Under the pieces are notes generated by a model. The model worked only from the letters and a program-made list of their open reading frames with translations. It had not been told where the DNA came from and searched no databases. Of a DNA stretch of 32,000 bases, positions 1 to 7,614 are shown one piece after another (within the stretch, counting starts at the first letter, position 1; each line of letters opens with the position of its first letter). Location of the stretch: contig NZ_LT549890.1 in assembly GCF_900079115.1 (NCBI RefSeq), positions 120,001 to 152,000 of the forward strand, in the 5' to 3' direction. This DNA is from Saccharolobus solfataricus. GTDB taxonomy: Archaea; Thermoproteota; Thermoprotei_A; Sulfolobales; Sulfolobaceae. Position numbers and translations under genes: made by a program.

Positions 1-604
1 ATTTCTTCCCTTTCTCTACCAGATACTTTAGAAAGCCTTTCAGATGTATCTCATTTATTTTAGCTCTCTCCGGCGTGATATCTGCGTAATAACATGTAAC
101 ATAATCTTGTCCTTTCCACGGGCATTTTGCCGAATCACAGAACTTATGGTTAATACAAGAACCGGGGGCTACCACATATGATTTTAGACTTTGCAAATCC
201 ATTACGTTTTTATTTTCCCTAAGAAACGCTGGATTAAACTTGTATTCCGGGAATTCTTCTGTTATCGCATAAATGTGTAAACCGTTATGTGGCGTGGTCA
301 CGCATAGTGTGTTTTGGCATAATTTGTTTAGCTCACTTTCACCTATCCAGGCTTTGAGAAGTTCCTTATCCTCAAAATCCAAAATCACTAGTGCACGATT
401 CTTATCTAACATTTGTCCCGGGATCCCGTAGTTATACCCCTCTTCGATCATCTTTGGAAATTTCTCTTTCTCTTCATCAGTCAAAGCACGCGTGCTATAC
501 TGTTGCCAATTTGGTATGGTCGGCTTTTTTGTATCTCTGTCAATTGGGATTACCGCAAAACCTAGCGTGTCAATAAACCATTTAGCCCACTCTATTTTGT
601 CCAT
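1..604 (-). CDS. repA: pRN-type replication protein RepA, N-terminal primase-polymerase (prim-pol) domain; partial, continues beyond the window start
   Basis: Hand translation from ATG (complement of 602-604): MDKIEWAKWFIDTLGFAVIPIDRDTKKPTIPNWQQY...ALVILDFEDKE...CVTTPHNGLHIYAI...VVAPGS. It stays open to position 1. Motifs (acidic LDFED, hGLHhY) fit the prim-pol domain of pRN1 ORF904-like proteins. It is absent from the ORF track because no stop lies within the window. Confidence 0.8.
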   Translation of the reverse strand, partial: MDKIEWAKWFIDTLGFAVIPIDRDTKKPTIPNWQQYSTRALTDEEKEKFPKMIEEGYNYGIPGQMLDKNRALVILDFEDKELLKAWIGESELNKLCQNTLCVTTPHNGLHIYAITEEFPEYKFNPAFLRENKNVMDLQSLKSYVVAPGSCINHKFCDSAKCPWKGQDYVTCYYADITPERAKINEIHLKGFLKYLVEKGKK

Positions 605-819
605 GCTCTCACTCTTCTAAGAAGTGTGTAAGGTGTGTCCCCGTGATAGTTTCCTTTAATTTCGGCGTAGATCTTATCACTAAAACTTAGCGGACATTCC
701 GCATAGTATCCTATGTACCCGCATACAGATGAATCGTCAAAGCAGTGCCTTCCAAATGGGCATGAAGGCTTTTTATTCTGTTTAATAAATTTACATTTAG
801 CCGTCTTTTTCACCCCCAA
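592..819 (-). CDS. Hypothetical Cys-rich small protein (75 aa from TTG; a GTG at 813 is an alternative start) between the copG-like gene and repA
   Basis: ORF track. Same strand as copG-like and repA. Its 3' end overlaps the repA ATG by 13 nt, suggesting coupling. Five Cys (CKF..CPFGRHC..CGY..AEC). No family recognised. Confidence 0.4.
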   Translation of the reverse strand: MGVKKTAKCKFIKQNKKPSCPFGRHCFDDSSVCGYIGYYAECPLSFSDKIYAEIKGNYHGDTPYTLLRRVRAWTK

Positions 820-852
820 ATCCTGATCTATGACGAATAGGGAAAAAACGGA

Positions 853-1005
853 TTAACTTGTGACGAGATTCAACTCCTTAGCCTTTTCTTTCAGTAAAAT
901 CCTAACCACGCCAGAGCGTGGCACTCCATAATACTCGGCCAATTTTTCCAATATCTGTATATCTTCTTCTCTTAACCTTAGGAATACCAGTGGGTTTCTT
1001 CCCAT
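853..1005 (-). CDS. copG: CopG-like ribbon-helix-helix DNA-binding protein (50 aa), likely plasmid copy-control regulator
   Basis: Hand translation: MGRNPLVFLRLREEDIQILEKLAEYYGVPRSGVVRILLKEKAKELNLVTS*. This gives a beta-strand/helix/helix pattern typical of RHH proteins. It sits upstream of repA as in pRN plasmids. It is below the ORF-track length cut-off. Confidence 0.7.
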   Translation of the reverse strand: MGRNPLVFLRLREEDIQILEKLAEYYGVPRSGVVRILLKEKAKELNLVTS

Positions 1006-1038
1006 CTAAATCACCAAGTTAATCGAATTGCCTATGCG

Positions 1039-1046
1039 TTTATAAA
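1039..1046 (-). promoter_or_regulatory. Candidate TATA box (TTTATAAA) for the copG-like/repA operon
   Basis: An A/T octamer lies about 34 nt upstream of the copG-like ATG at 1005. The spacing fits a short-leader or leaderless Sulfolobus transcript. Confidence 0.4.
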
Positions 1047-1385
1047 TTTTCTCTGTCGAGAGAATTTTCGTGGGAATAGCTCACTTTACGAATATTAGAC
1101 CAACATATTTACATAATCTTTAAATACTTCTTCAACCAGTTGTTTGAGTAACGTTTAGGCAACAAATAGCGCTAAAATTTGTATTGTTAACAATCAAATT
1201 GAAATATTCAATTAATTTCACGATACTCGAATAATCTTTTGTTGTGCAATAGGTGCTTTTTTGCGTGCAACATATAGAAAAAAAGAAAAGGACGGCCCAT
1301 GTGGAAGGGGCTAAAATATCATTATATGTCACATCTAATATTCCCCCTAGTCTAACAATTTTACTCTTCATTCTGATAAAAATTC

Positions 1386-1545
1386 AAGTAAGAAGAGTGA
1401 AGAGAGAAGAGAGAAGAAAATAGAAGGGAAGAAGAAGAATAAACGCGGAAGAGCGCAAAAGAGAGCGTTTGAACCCACGGGTGGGCCCAATAGCATTCAT
1501 TCTTAGTTTTCTGATGAAGAGAACGGAGAGAAGAGAGAAAAAGAC
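1386..1545 (+). repeat. Two strongly polypurine (GA-rich) tracts (about 1386-1467 and 1514-1545) on the + strand, with an embedded inverted repeat AAACGC(1441-1446)/GCGTTT(1465-1470)
   Basis: Direct reading: aagtaagaagagtgaagagagaagagagaagaaaatagaagggaagaagaagaat... and gatgaagagaacggagagaagagagaaaaaga. The low-complexity ORF 1384-1575(-) is a by-product of this tract. Confidence 0.7.
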
Positions 1546-1638
1546 CGGTTTTCTAACACAATTGGCAATTGGCAAACAAATAAATATTTATGCAGATGGA
1601 TATTCAAAAATGCAACAACGCAATGAAAAAAAAAGAAA

Positions 1639-1887
1639 CTAGATAATCTTTTCAATCTCTCTTCTAAACTCATTCAGCGCCGTGTTTAAAACATCAACCA
1701 ACTTTTCTTTTCTTTTCATTGCCAACACACCGACCAATTTTTCGCACTTTTCATCTGAAATAATAAACCTACCTTCGCGTAGCGCATAAATTGTCTTTTT
1801 CTTGAATCCTACTTCCACCAGATCCTCATCATCCGCCATTTCAACCAATTGTTGTTTGAATTTTCTTGGTAGGAACTCACAAACCAT
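1639..1887 (-). CDS. Small DNA-binding protein, possible PlrA (pRN1 ORF80)-like plasmid regulator (82 aa from ATG at 1887; the ORF track extends to a TTG at 1905)
   Basis: ORF track. The size and genomic context match the conserved ~80-aa plrA gene of pRN plasmids. A possible HTH segment is KKKTIYALREGRFIISDEKCEKL. I could not confirm family membership from memory. Confidence 0.5.
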   Translation of the reverse strand: MVCEFLPRKFKQQLVEMADDEDLVEVGFKKKTIYALREGRFIISDEKCEKLVGVLAMKRKEKLVDVLNTALNEFRREIEKII

Positions 1888-1892
1888 CTTCC

Positions 1893-1910
1893 TTCTATAC
1901 CCCAATAGAA
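1893..1910. repeat. Palindromic motif copy A: TTCTATA-CCCC-AATAGAA, immediately upstream of or overlapping the start of the 1639-1887 gene
   Basis: Direct reading. It is the inverted and slightly degenerate version of the motif at 1937 and 2032. Confidence 0.7.
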
Positions 1911-1936
1911 CATTCTACTAGGCATTATAAAAAGCT

Positions 1937-1957
1937 TTCTATAGGGGTATAGAACAA
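1937..1957. repeat. Palindromic motif copy B: TTCTATA-GGGG-TATAGAA(caa)
   Basis: The 21-nt string ttctataggggtatagaacaa is identical to 2032-2052. Confidence 0.85.
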
Positions 1958-2031
1958 CAAAAACCACGGGCTAAGATGTGTTGAAAATCCTATCAACCTC
2001 AGCCCTATCAATCTCTCAAACTCGTGGTTAA

Positions 2032-2052
2032 TTCTATAGGGGTATAGAACAA
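2032..2052. repeat. Palindromic motif copy C: TTCTATA-GGGG-TATAGAA(caa)
   Basis: Identical 21-mer to 1937-1957. It lies about 30 nt downstream of the 3' end (stop side) of the 2084-2293 ORF. A flanking aaccacg/cgtggtt inverted pair (1962-1968 / 2023-2029) lies between copies B and C. Confidence 0.85.
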
Positions 2053-2083
2053 TATCTATGGATCTTGTGGGGACACCCCACTG

Positions 2084-2293
2084 CTAATCTTCTCTCATCT
2101 TCTCTTCGATTAGCTTTTTGCAGTACTCAACATCATCAGAAACATCTTCATATGGATCCTCAGCATAAACCCTCAGCAATACAAAACAAACAACTCTTCT
2201 ACATTCCACGCTCAGGCTACTAATGTTTTCAACGTGTCTGTATTTCACTAAGCAATCGGCTATCTCAACTAACGTTTTGTCATCAATCATCAC
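2084..2293 (-). CDS. Hypothetical acidic protein (69 aa) directly downstream of the integrase; its start overlaps the integrase stop by 11 nt
   Basis: ORF track. Same strand as the integrase and overlapping it. No family recognised. Confidence 0.4.
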   Translation of the reverse strand: MMIDDKTLVEIADCLVKYRHVENISSLSVECRRVVCFVLLRVYAEDPYEDVSDDVEYCKKLIEEKMRED

Positions 2294-3155
2294 TTAACAC
2301 CCCACTCTTACTTAACCATTCCGCATATTTGCGATAATGTTCTTTCGCTATTCCGAAAAGCGAAATATAATGTTGCGTTAGCACGCGAGTAGGTTTCCTA
2401 CCTTGTATAAAATCGATCACGTCTAACGGTATTCCCAACTCAGCCATTTTAGATGCTACGAACTTTCTAACATACTTTATTGCCACAGCACCGTCCCTTC
2501 TTCTCTCAAAGCCAGCTATAGCACCTTCACCTATTGTTACCTTTCGAAGTGGGGAAAAGTGAAAAACGTAAAAAGATCCTTTACTCCCCCTAATCCAACT
2601 AAGGGGATAATAACATAAACTGATACCACCATCAGCACTACCATTACTTCTAATTCTACCATTACTATCATCAGCACTATCGCATACATCTTTCTCAGGC
2701 TTTTTCAATACTTTCAAAATTTCATTCAACCTGGCACCGCTCTCCAACGCTATCCTATAGACGAAATATACATTTTCACTGTACTCTTTCGCCAACTTCA
2801 GCGTTTTCCTAATCCCCTCTTCCGTAGGAATGTATAAATCAGCATTACTTCTCTTCACCTTTATGACGCGTAAAATCTTTTCCATTTCTTCAGAAGAAAT
2901 TACACCGCGTGATTCTAAGAACTTTGCAAAAATGCGGTATGCCTTTTGCGATTTATCGGTCTCTTTGTACGGTCTATTTACCGCACTAACATACTCTTTT
3001 GCCGTTTTATTGCCAATTTTCCTTTCATTCAGCAAATAGTCGTAAAATTCTTGGGCGTAGTCAGCACTATACTGTCGTAAAATGGCAACAAGAGTCATTT
3101 TGCACCTTTCAACTCCCTTTTTAGAGCCCTCACACGGCGAAGATCCTGGGTTCAA
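2283..3155 (-). CDS. int: SSV-type tyrosine integrase, C-terminal partition product Int(C); the frame stays open through the att site up to 3176
   Basis: ORF track protein carries a tyrosine-recombinase-like C-terminal half ([12 protein letters not shown]..., ...[11 protein letters not shown]). Its first ~20 codons are the reverse translation of the tRNA-Val 3' half. The frame stays open across the whole att (…[17 protein letters not shown]…) and stops only at the chromosome junction. This is the signature of an integrase gene split by its own integration. Confidence 0.85.
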   Translation of the reverse strand: MNPGSSPCEGSKKGVERCKMTLVAILRQYSADYAQEFYDYLLNERKIGNKTAKEYVSAVNRPYKETDKSQKAYRIFAKFLESRGVISSEEMEKILRVIKVKRSNADLYIPTEEGIRKTLKLAKEYSENVYFVYRIALESGARLNEILKVLKKPEKDVCDSADDSNGRIRSNGSADGGISLCYYPLSWIRGSKGSFYVFHFSPLRKVTIGEGAIAGFERRRDGAVAIKYVRKFVASKMAELGIPLDVIDFIQGRKPTRVLTQHYISLFGIAKEHYRKYAEWLSKSGVLSDD

Positions 3156-3170
3156 GTCCCAGCGGGCCCA
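3126..3170 (+). other. att site: a 45-nt copy of the 3' part of tRNA-Val(CAC), from anticodon stem to discriminator. It is not a complete tRNA gene.
   Basis: GCC-CTCACAC-GGCGA-AGATC-CTGGG-TTCAAGT-CCCAG-CGGGCCC-A reads as anticodon loop (CAC), 3' anticodon stem, variable loop, T arm and 3' acceptor. The upstream sequence (integrase) cannot form the D arm, the 5' acceptor strand or the first two pairs of the anticodon stem. Confidence 0.75.
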
Positions 3171-3196
3171 TATCCGCTACCTCGATATTTAAGTTA

Positions 3197-3221
3197 ATTA
3201 ACTATTTTATGCATAGTTAAT
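3197..3221 (+). terminator. Perfect 9-bp hairpin (ATTAACTAT-tttatgc-ATAGTTAAT) 27 nt downstream of the tRNA-Val att copy
   Basis: Direct reading. The position fits the original 3' flank of tRNA-Val. Function is unproven. Confidence 0.3.
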
Positions 3222-3523
3222 CTGTTGAATATTTTTAGACCAAACTGCTCTTATTTCTCTCTCAATTAATCTTAAAGCGTACGATTTAGATTTGTGATAC
3301 CTCTTAACTCTTTGTGAAAATTCAACAAGTCCACAAAACAACTATTTTATCATTTAACTTTCCTAATCGCAGATAACAAATCATAGACTTAAATTACAAA
3401 GAACGAGAACAAATAGTCTCTAGCGTAAGAATAACTGCATATTGATGAAAATTAATGATAAAAACTTATACTTCTGCAAAAGATTTACTATGCAAGATTA
3501 GAAAAATCAAAAAGAAATAGTGC

Positions 3524-3623
<100 letters not shown>

Positions 3624-3751
3624 ACGTAAGTAGTTAATTGAGAATTGGTTAATTAATTTTTCTTTGGTTTTTTACGACTGCATCTACTATACTTCATATG
3701 TGAAGCGCATGGACTAATTTTATTAATACTCAATATACTGTTACCGCTGGC

Positions 3752-4988
3752 ATGCTAATAAGTGCACTAATAGTCATGGTAATAACATACTGCCTTATAA
3801 TTTCTAGAAGTATTACGAAAATTCCACCTTGGGCTTCTATGTTTTTTGGTGGTATCCTTATGGTAATTCTAGGTATAATATCTCCAGAAGAAGCTTTACA
3901 ATCAATAAATTTAGATGTAATATTATTTCTCATTACCCTTTTTACATTTGCATCAGCGTTAGAGGTTTCTGGATTTTTGAAATTCCTTGCATATAAGATT
4001 ATAGAAAAATTCAAGGAACCTAGGAAAGTTCTCTTCTATATTCTTTTATATTCTGGTCTATTATCAAATTTAGTTACCAACGATGGAGTATCAGCAAGCT
4101 GGACTCCAGTCATCTTAGAATTAAGCAGGATGATAGGCGTTTCTGAGGTTCCTTTTCTTTATGCATTAGCTGTTGGTGTTACTATTGGGAGCGTTATAAT
4201 GCCTACTGGCAATCCTCAAAATTTACTCATAGCTTTAGAATCTGGAATAAAAAACCCTTTCATTACATTTACAATATATTTGACCTTACCCTCAATAATT
4301 AGCTTAATAATTGCTTATTTTATACTCTTTCGTCTATTCAGAAAATCCTTGTCTTTACCAAGTGGAATTAATATAAAAAAAAGAAGAAGAGGAAAAGGTT
4401 GATTTCGATAGAAGACTTGGATATCTGACATTAACCTTATTAGTAGTTACCATAATATTATTTTTTTCCTTAAGTTTCTTTAAAATAGATATTTTACTGG
4501 GTTCTTTAGTTACTTCATCTATCTTACTGCTTTTAACGGAAAAGAGGAGGGATATTGTAAGAAGAATGGACTGGCCAACTATACTATTTTTTATCGGATT
4601 GTTCATATTTACTGATGGAGTATTAAAATCTGGGATTATACAGTATTTATCTAATTTTCTTCCCCCTCCAGATAGTGTGGCTAGTATAATGATTGTAAGT
4701 ATTTTACTGAGCCAAGTATTAAGTAATGTACCATTGGTTGCAATATACATACCGATCATGATCTCTCATAGTGGTATTACAGTGGTGGATTGGCTAGCGT
4801 TAGCTGCGGGTAGTACTATAGCGGGTAACTTCACCATATTAGGCGCAGCAAGTAACGTAATAATTTCTGAAGCTTCTGAGAGCAGAGGTGGAAAAGGATT
4901 TAATTTCGTAGAATTTATGAAATATACTATTCCGATTCTAATACCAAATGCAATAATCATTTATTTGTTTTTAGTATTATTCAGGTAA
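3752..4988 (+). pseudogene. ArsB/NhaD-superfamily anion permease (about 411 aa if intact) split by a frameshift in an A8 run
   Basis: ORFs 3752-4402 and 4377(open)/4566-4988 are both polytopic membrane halves with the GNPQNLLIA motif. The second frame is open from 4377 and reads KKEEEEKVDFDRRLGYLTLTLLVV..., continuous with ORF 4566-4988. Removing one A from 4375-4382 fuses the two frames. Confidence 0.75.
4375..4382 (+). repeat. A8 homopolymer at the frameshift point of the permease gene
   Basis: Direct reading: atat-aaaaaaaa-gaagaagagg. Confidence 0.9.
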
Positions 4989-5228
4989 TGGCGTTTCTGG
5001 TACTTTTACAACTACTACATAGCCGTCTTTATATTGCCCGATATCAGGGTCCAGATCTATAAGTTCCATTCTATCTTCGATATTAGATAAATTAAGGATT
5101 TTGACTTTTAATCCCTTGTAAACTCTCTTAGCTTCTTGCATTGCTTTTTCAATCTCTTTATAATCTTTATTATAGTCATATACTGCTGCCTCTTGTAAAG
5201 CAACTAAGGTACCTAAAAACGAACGCAT
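4977..5228 (-). CDS. Hypothetical protein (83 aa)
   Basis: ORF track. Non-repetitive charged and hydrophobic composition. It converges on the permease 3' end with a 12-nt overlap. No family recognised. Confidence 0.45.
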   Translation of the reverse strand: MRSFLGTLVALQEAAVYDYNKDYKEIEKAMQEAKRVYKGLKVKILNLSNIEDRMELIDLDPDIGQYKDGYVVVVKVPETPLPE

Positions 5229-5289
5229 GACAATGTATTATTTATCCCTTTAGGTTATAAACTTAGCCTTATAGAGCCACTATAATAGA

Positions 5290-5607
5290 ATGATACACAT
5301 AAAGTTGATTTATGGGCCTAACGGTGATTTGGGACTTACAAAAACTATTCATAATTTAAAATTGACATATCCTAACGTAAATGCAGAGGCAGAGTTTAGC
5401 TTACTATGTTCTACACCAATGCTACAAATAGGAAGTAAGACTATAAATGTCATAGACTATACTGACGACGAGATAATAGACCTTATAATAAGTGCAGTGA
5501 CCAGTCACGGAAAGATAGATCAGCTAAGGGAAAACGGAGTGGACATTTATCAGAGTGAGTTCAAAGATTTTCCACCTGGTCCAAATTTTTCGGAAGTTTT
5601 AATTTGA
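5290..5607 (+). CDS. Hypothetical protein (105 aa), possibly a thioredoxin-like fold lacking the CxxC motif
   Basis: ORF track. The beta-alpha-beta-like N-terminus (MIHIKLIYGPNGDLGLTKTI) is only a weak by-eye resemblance. It lies 22 nt upstream of the next gene on the same strand. Confidence 0.5.
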   Translation: MIHIKLIYGPNGDLGLTKTIHNLKLTYPNVNAEAEFSLLCSTPMLQIGSKTINVIDYTDDEIIDLIISAVTSHGKIDQLRENGVDIYQSEFKDFPPGPNFSEVLI

Positions 5608-5629
5608 TTTTCATAAATAGTATAAGTTA

Positions 5630-6523
5630 ATGATTGTCGTAATAGGTGCAGGGATATCTGGATTATTATTAAGTAAAAGAGTTAAAGCTGATTTAATATT
5701 GGAAGAGCAACCTGTTATTGGTGGCGTCTTCGCTTCTGATAACGTGTTCGGAAAAGATTTACCTTACGTGTTACCAATAATAAATGACCCTGCGAAACTA
5801 CCAAACATAGAATTTAACTATCTAGAATACGATTTGAAATTATCTCATAGAAAATACGATTATTTTGAAGATAAAATTTGCAAATACTGCGATAAGTTAC
5901 CTACATGGTTAAATTTCGGTTTGATGAGAAAACTATACGTAATAGAGAATATAACAGCTTTTATAGATAATTTATCTAAAAATGTAAGGATAATTAAGGA
6001 ATATCCGATAAGGATAGACGATAAGAAAATCATAACCAACAAGGGAAATATGTATAAGTACACCAGAGTATATAATACGGCATCCTTAAAAAAAATGTAT
6101 AAATTACTAGGAGTAGATAGCTCAAATCTAAAGCATAAGGCAGCGTTAACTTTGCTAATATTAACAAGGAAGACAAATAATAAAAACTGGAATGTTTACT
6201 TAAGCGGAGACACTGCGGATTCTTTCTCAGTAGTAATTAAGCTAGATAATATCATTAAAGATCTCGATTTATATTATGTTTACTCATTCATGGATATAAC
6301 TCAAAAGAGTATTGATATAGATAGAGTAATGCTAGATTTAAAAAGAAGACAAATAATCTCTCTTGATGAAATAATAGCCTTTAGAAGTAAATTAATATCA
6401 GAAGCTCTGTTATTTGGCGAGATTAATCATAAGATTACACTAAACATGGTAAACTGTGGAAGACTAGGTGAGTGGAAAAATTATGACGTTATTGAAACTA
6501 TATCAAGAATTCAGAATTGCTAA
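5630..6523 (+). CDS. FAD/NAD(P)-binding Rossmann-fold protein (297 aa), function unknown
   Basis: N-terminal dinucleotide-binding fingerprint MIVVIGAGISGLLLS...EEQPVIGG. The remainder is not assignable by eye. Confidence 0.6.
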   Translation: MIVVIGAGISGLLLSKRVKADLILEEQPVIGGVFASDNVFGKDLPYVLPIINDPAKLPNIEFNYLEYDLKLSHRKYDYFEDKICKYCDKLPTWLNFGLMRKLYVIENITAFIDNLSKNVRIIKEYPIRIDDKKIITNKGNMYKYTRVYNTASLKKMYKLLGVDSSNLKHKAALTLLILTRKTNNKNWNVYLSGDTADSFSVVIKLDNIIKDLDLYYVYSFMDITQKSIDIDRVMLDLKRRQIISLDEIIAFRSKLISEALLFGEINHKITLNMVNCGRLGEWKNYDVIETISRIQNC

Positions 6524-7286
6524 ATTCCTCAGTGAGTTTACCTGCAATGGTAGCTGCCTCGATAATTTCAAGTCCACCTAATCTTAACGCGAAATACGCT
6601 CCTAGCAAAAAGTCTCCTGTCCCTATTTCGTTTTTGCCTATTTTACTAGGTCTGTAGGTATATTTTGCGAGCATATTAGTATAAACATTAAATCCGTTAT
6701 GTCCATCTGAAACTATTATTTCCTTAAAACCTACTTTGAATAGATCACTTAATTCTAATTTAGAAGATTCAAGTTCTTCCCTATTACCATGCATAACCAT
6801 GTAATTACTATTGAATGGAAATCTAAAACCCATTTCATACCTAATTTCCTCATACTCTATACAATTCCTAACGAAACCTTGAATATCTACTGCTATTGGA
6901 ATTGGGCTTTGAATACTCATATTGTCAACTTCTTTGCATACTGGATTTACTAGGATTCCATCAACTGTGTTGTCACTAATCACTTTTATCCTATTTTTAG
7001 GCTTCTTAAGTAAGATTAATTTTCTCCCTTCATTAGTTAAGTCAATCTTAAACCTAATTGTATATTCATCATATATCAGTTGCTTCTCTAAATCAGATAT
7101 AAAATCTATCTCAAAGTCAAAATCTCTACCTATTAATCCATATAGTTTTGGTATACCACCACCTCTCATTACGCCTAATGATGAATATATTAATGGTCCT
7201 CCTGGTCTTATCTTTCCTTGTATCTCGTCTATCGTAAATCCTCCTACTATTAATATCTTACTCCTCTTCACTTTCTTCTTCACCAA
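6498..7286 (-). CDS. PfkB/ribokinase-family carbohydrate or nucleoside kinase
   Basis: N-terminal ILIVGGFTIDEI and C-terminal NEIGTGDFLLGAY (the PfkB GxGD anion-hole motif). 262 aa. Confidence 0.75.
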   Translation of the reverse strand: MVKKKVKRSKILIVGGFTIDEIQGKIRPGGPLIYSSLGVMRGGGIPKLYGLIGRDFDFEIDFISDLEKQLIYDEYTIRFKIDLTNEGRKLILLKKPKNRIKVISDNTVDGILVNPVCKEVDNMSIQSPIPIAVDIQGFVRNCIEYEEIRYEMGFRFPFNSNYMVMHGNREELESSKLELSDLFKVGFKEIIVSDGHNGFNVYTNMLAKYTYRPSKIGKNEIGTGDFLLGAYFALRLGGLEIIEAATIAGKLTEEFSNSEFLI

Positions 7287-7614
7287 TTGATAGCTTAGGT
7301 TCCTCTTCTTCCTCTTCAGTTCTCGTCTTTTTCTGTAGCCATAAGCCGTATTTGTGGGCGTCCAAATGTCTTTTCAAATCTTCTAAATTGAAAAAATATG
7401 TACTATAATCGGTCGATACACCTTTGGCACAATTCGGTGAGCATATAGGACAAACGTAAAGTCTGGTAACTTCATCATAGCAAACTGTGACTTTCTTATT
7501 ATTATAATCAATCTCTATAGCTTTCCACTTAGGTAGCCATCTCGTTGACATTGATAGTATAGTTATGTAGATTAAATATATAATATTAAGTACCCATTCT
7601 TTCCGAACTACCAT
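7258..7614 (-). CDS. Membrane-anchored C2H2-type zinc-finger protein with a poly-Glu tail (118 aa)
   Basis: N-terminal hydrophobic helix (VLNIIYLIYITILSM), then CPIC-x...-LKRHLDAHK (C-x2-C...H-x3-H), then C-terminal TEEEEEEP...EEESEEE. The 3' end overlaps the kinase start by 29 nt. Confidence 0.55.
   Translation of the reverse strand: MVVRKEWVLNIIYLIYITILSMSTRWLPKWKAIEIDYNNKKVTVCYDEVTRLYVCPICSPNCAKGVSTDYSTYFFNLEDLKRHLDAHKYGLWLQKKTRTEEEEEEPKLSIGEEESEEE

Larger units (their letters stand above)
1..3170. mobile_element. Right-hand portion of an integrated pRN-type plasmid (pXQ1-like) bounded by a tRNA-Val(CAC) att copy; the left end lies outside the window
   Basis: Gene set is typical of the pRN plasmid family (copG-like RHH, prim-pol RepA, ~80-aa PlrA-sized gene) plus an SSV-type tyrosine integrase. 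The integrase ORF reads through a 45-nt tRNA 3'-half at 3126-3170. The region looks more GC-rich than the flanking chromosome (not computed). Confidence 0.8.

Noticed and set aside
391-576. 61-aa ORF on the + strand
   Set aside because: It lies entirely antisense to the clearly coding prim-pol RepA frame, and its composition is not protein-like.
1132-1575. ORFs 1132-1371(-) and 1384-1575(-)
   Set aside because: The second is a translation of the polypyrimidine complement of the GA tract (low complexity: LLSSLFTLL...). The first has a Cys/Thr-rich, non-conserved look and no start context. Both are treated as non-coding plasmid DNA.
2830-3039. 69-aa ORF on the + strand
   Set aside because: Antisense shadow inside the integrase gene.
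3730-4960. Minus-strand ORFs 3730-4014, 4355-4759 and 4766-4960
   Set aside because: Antisense to the permease halves. Hydrophobic antisense frames are expected opposite membrane-protein genes in AT-rich DNA.
5860-7290. ORFs 5860-6063(-) and 6922-7290(+)
   Set aside because: Antisense shadows of the FAD-binding protein and PfkB kinase genes.
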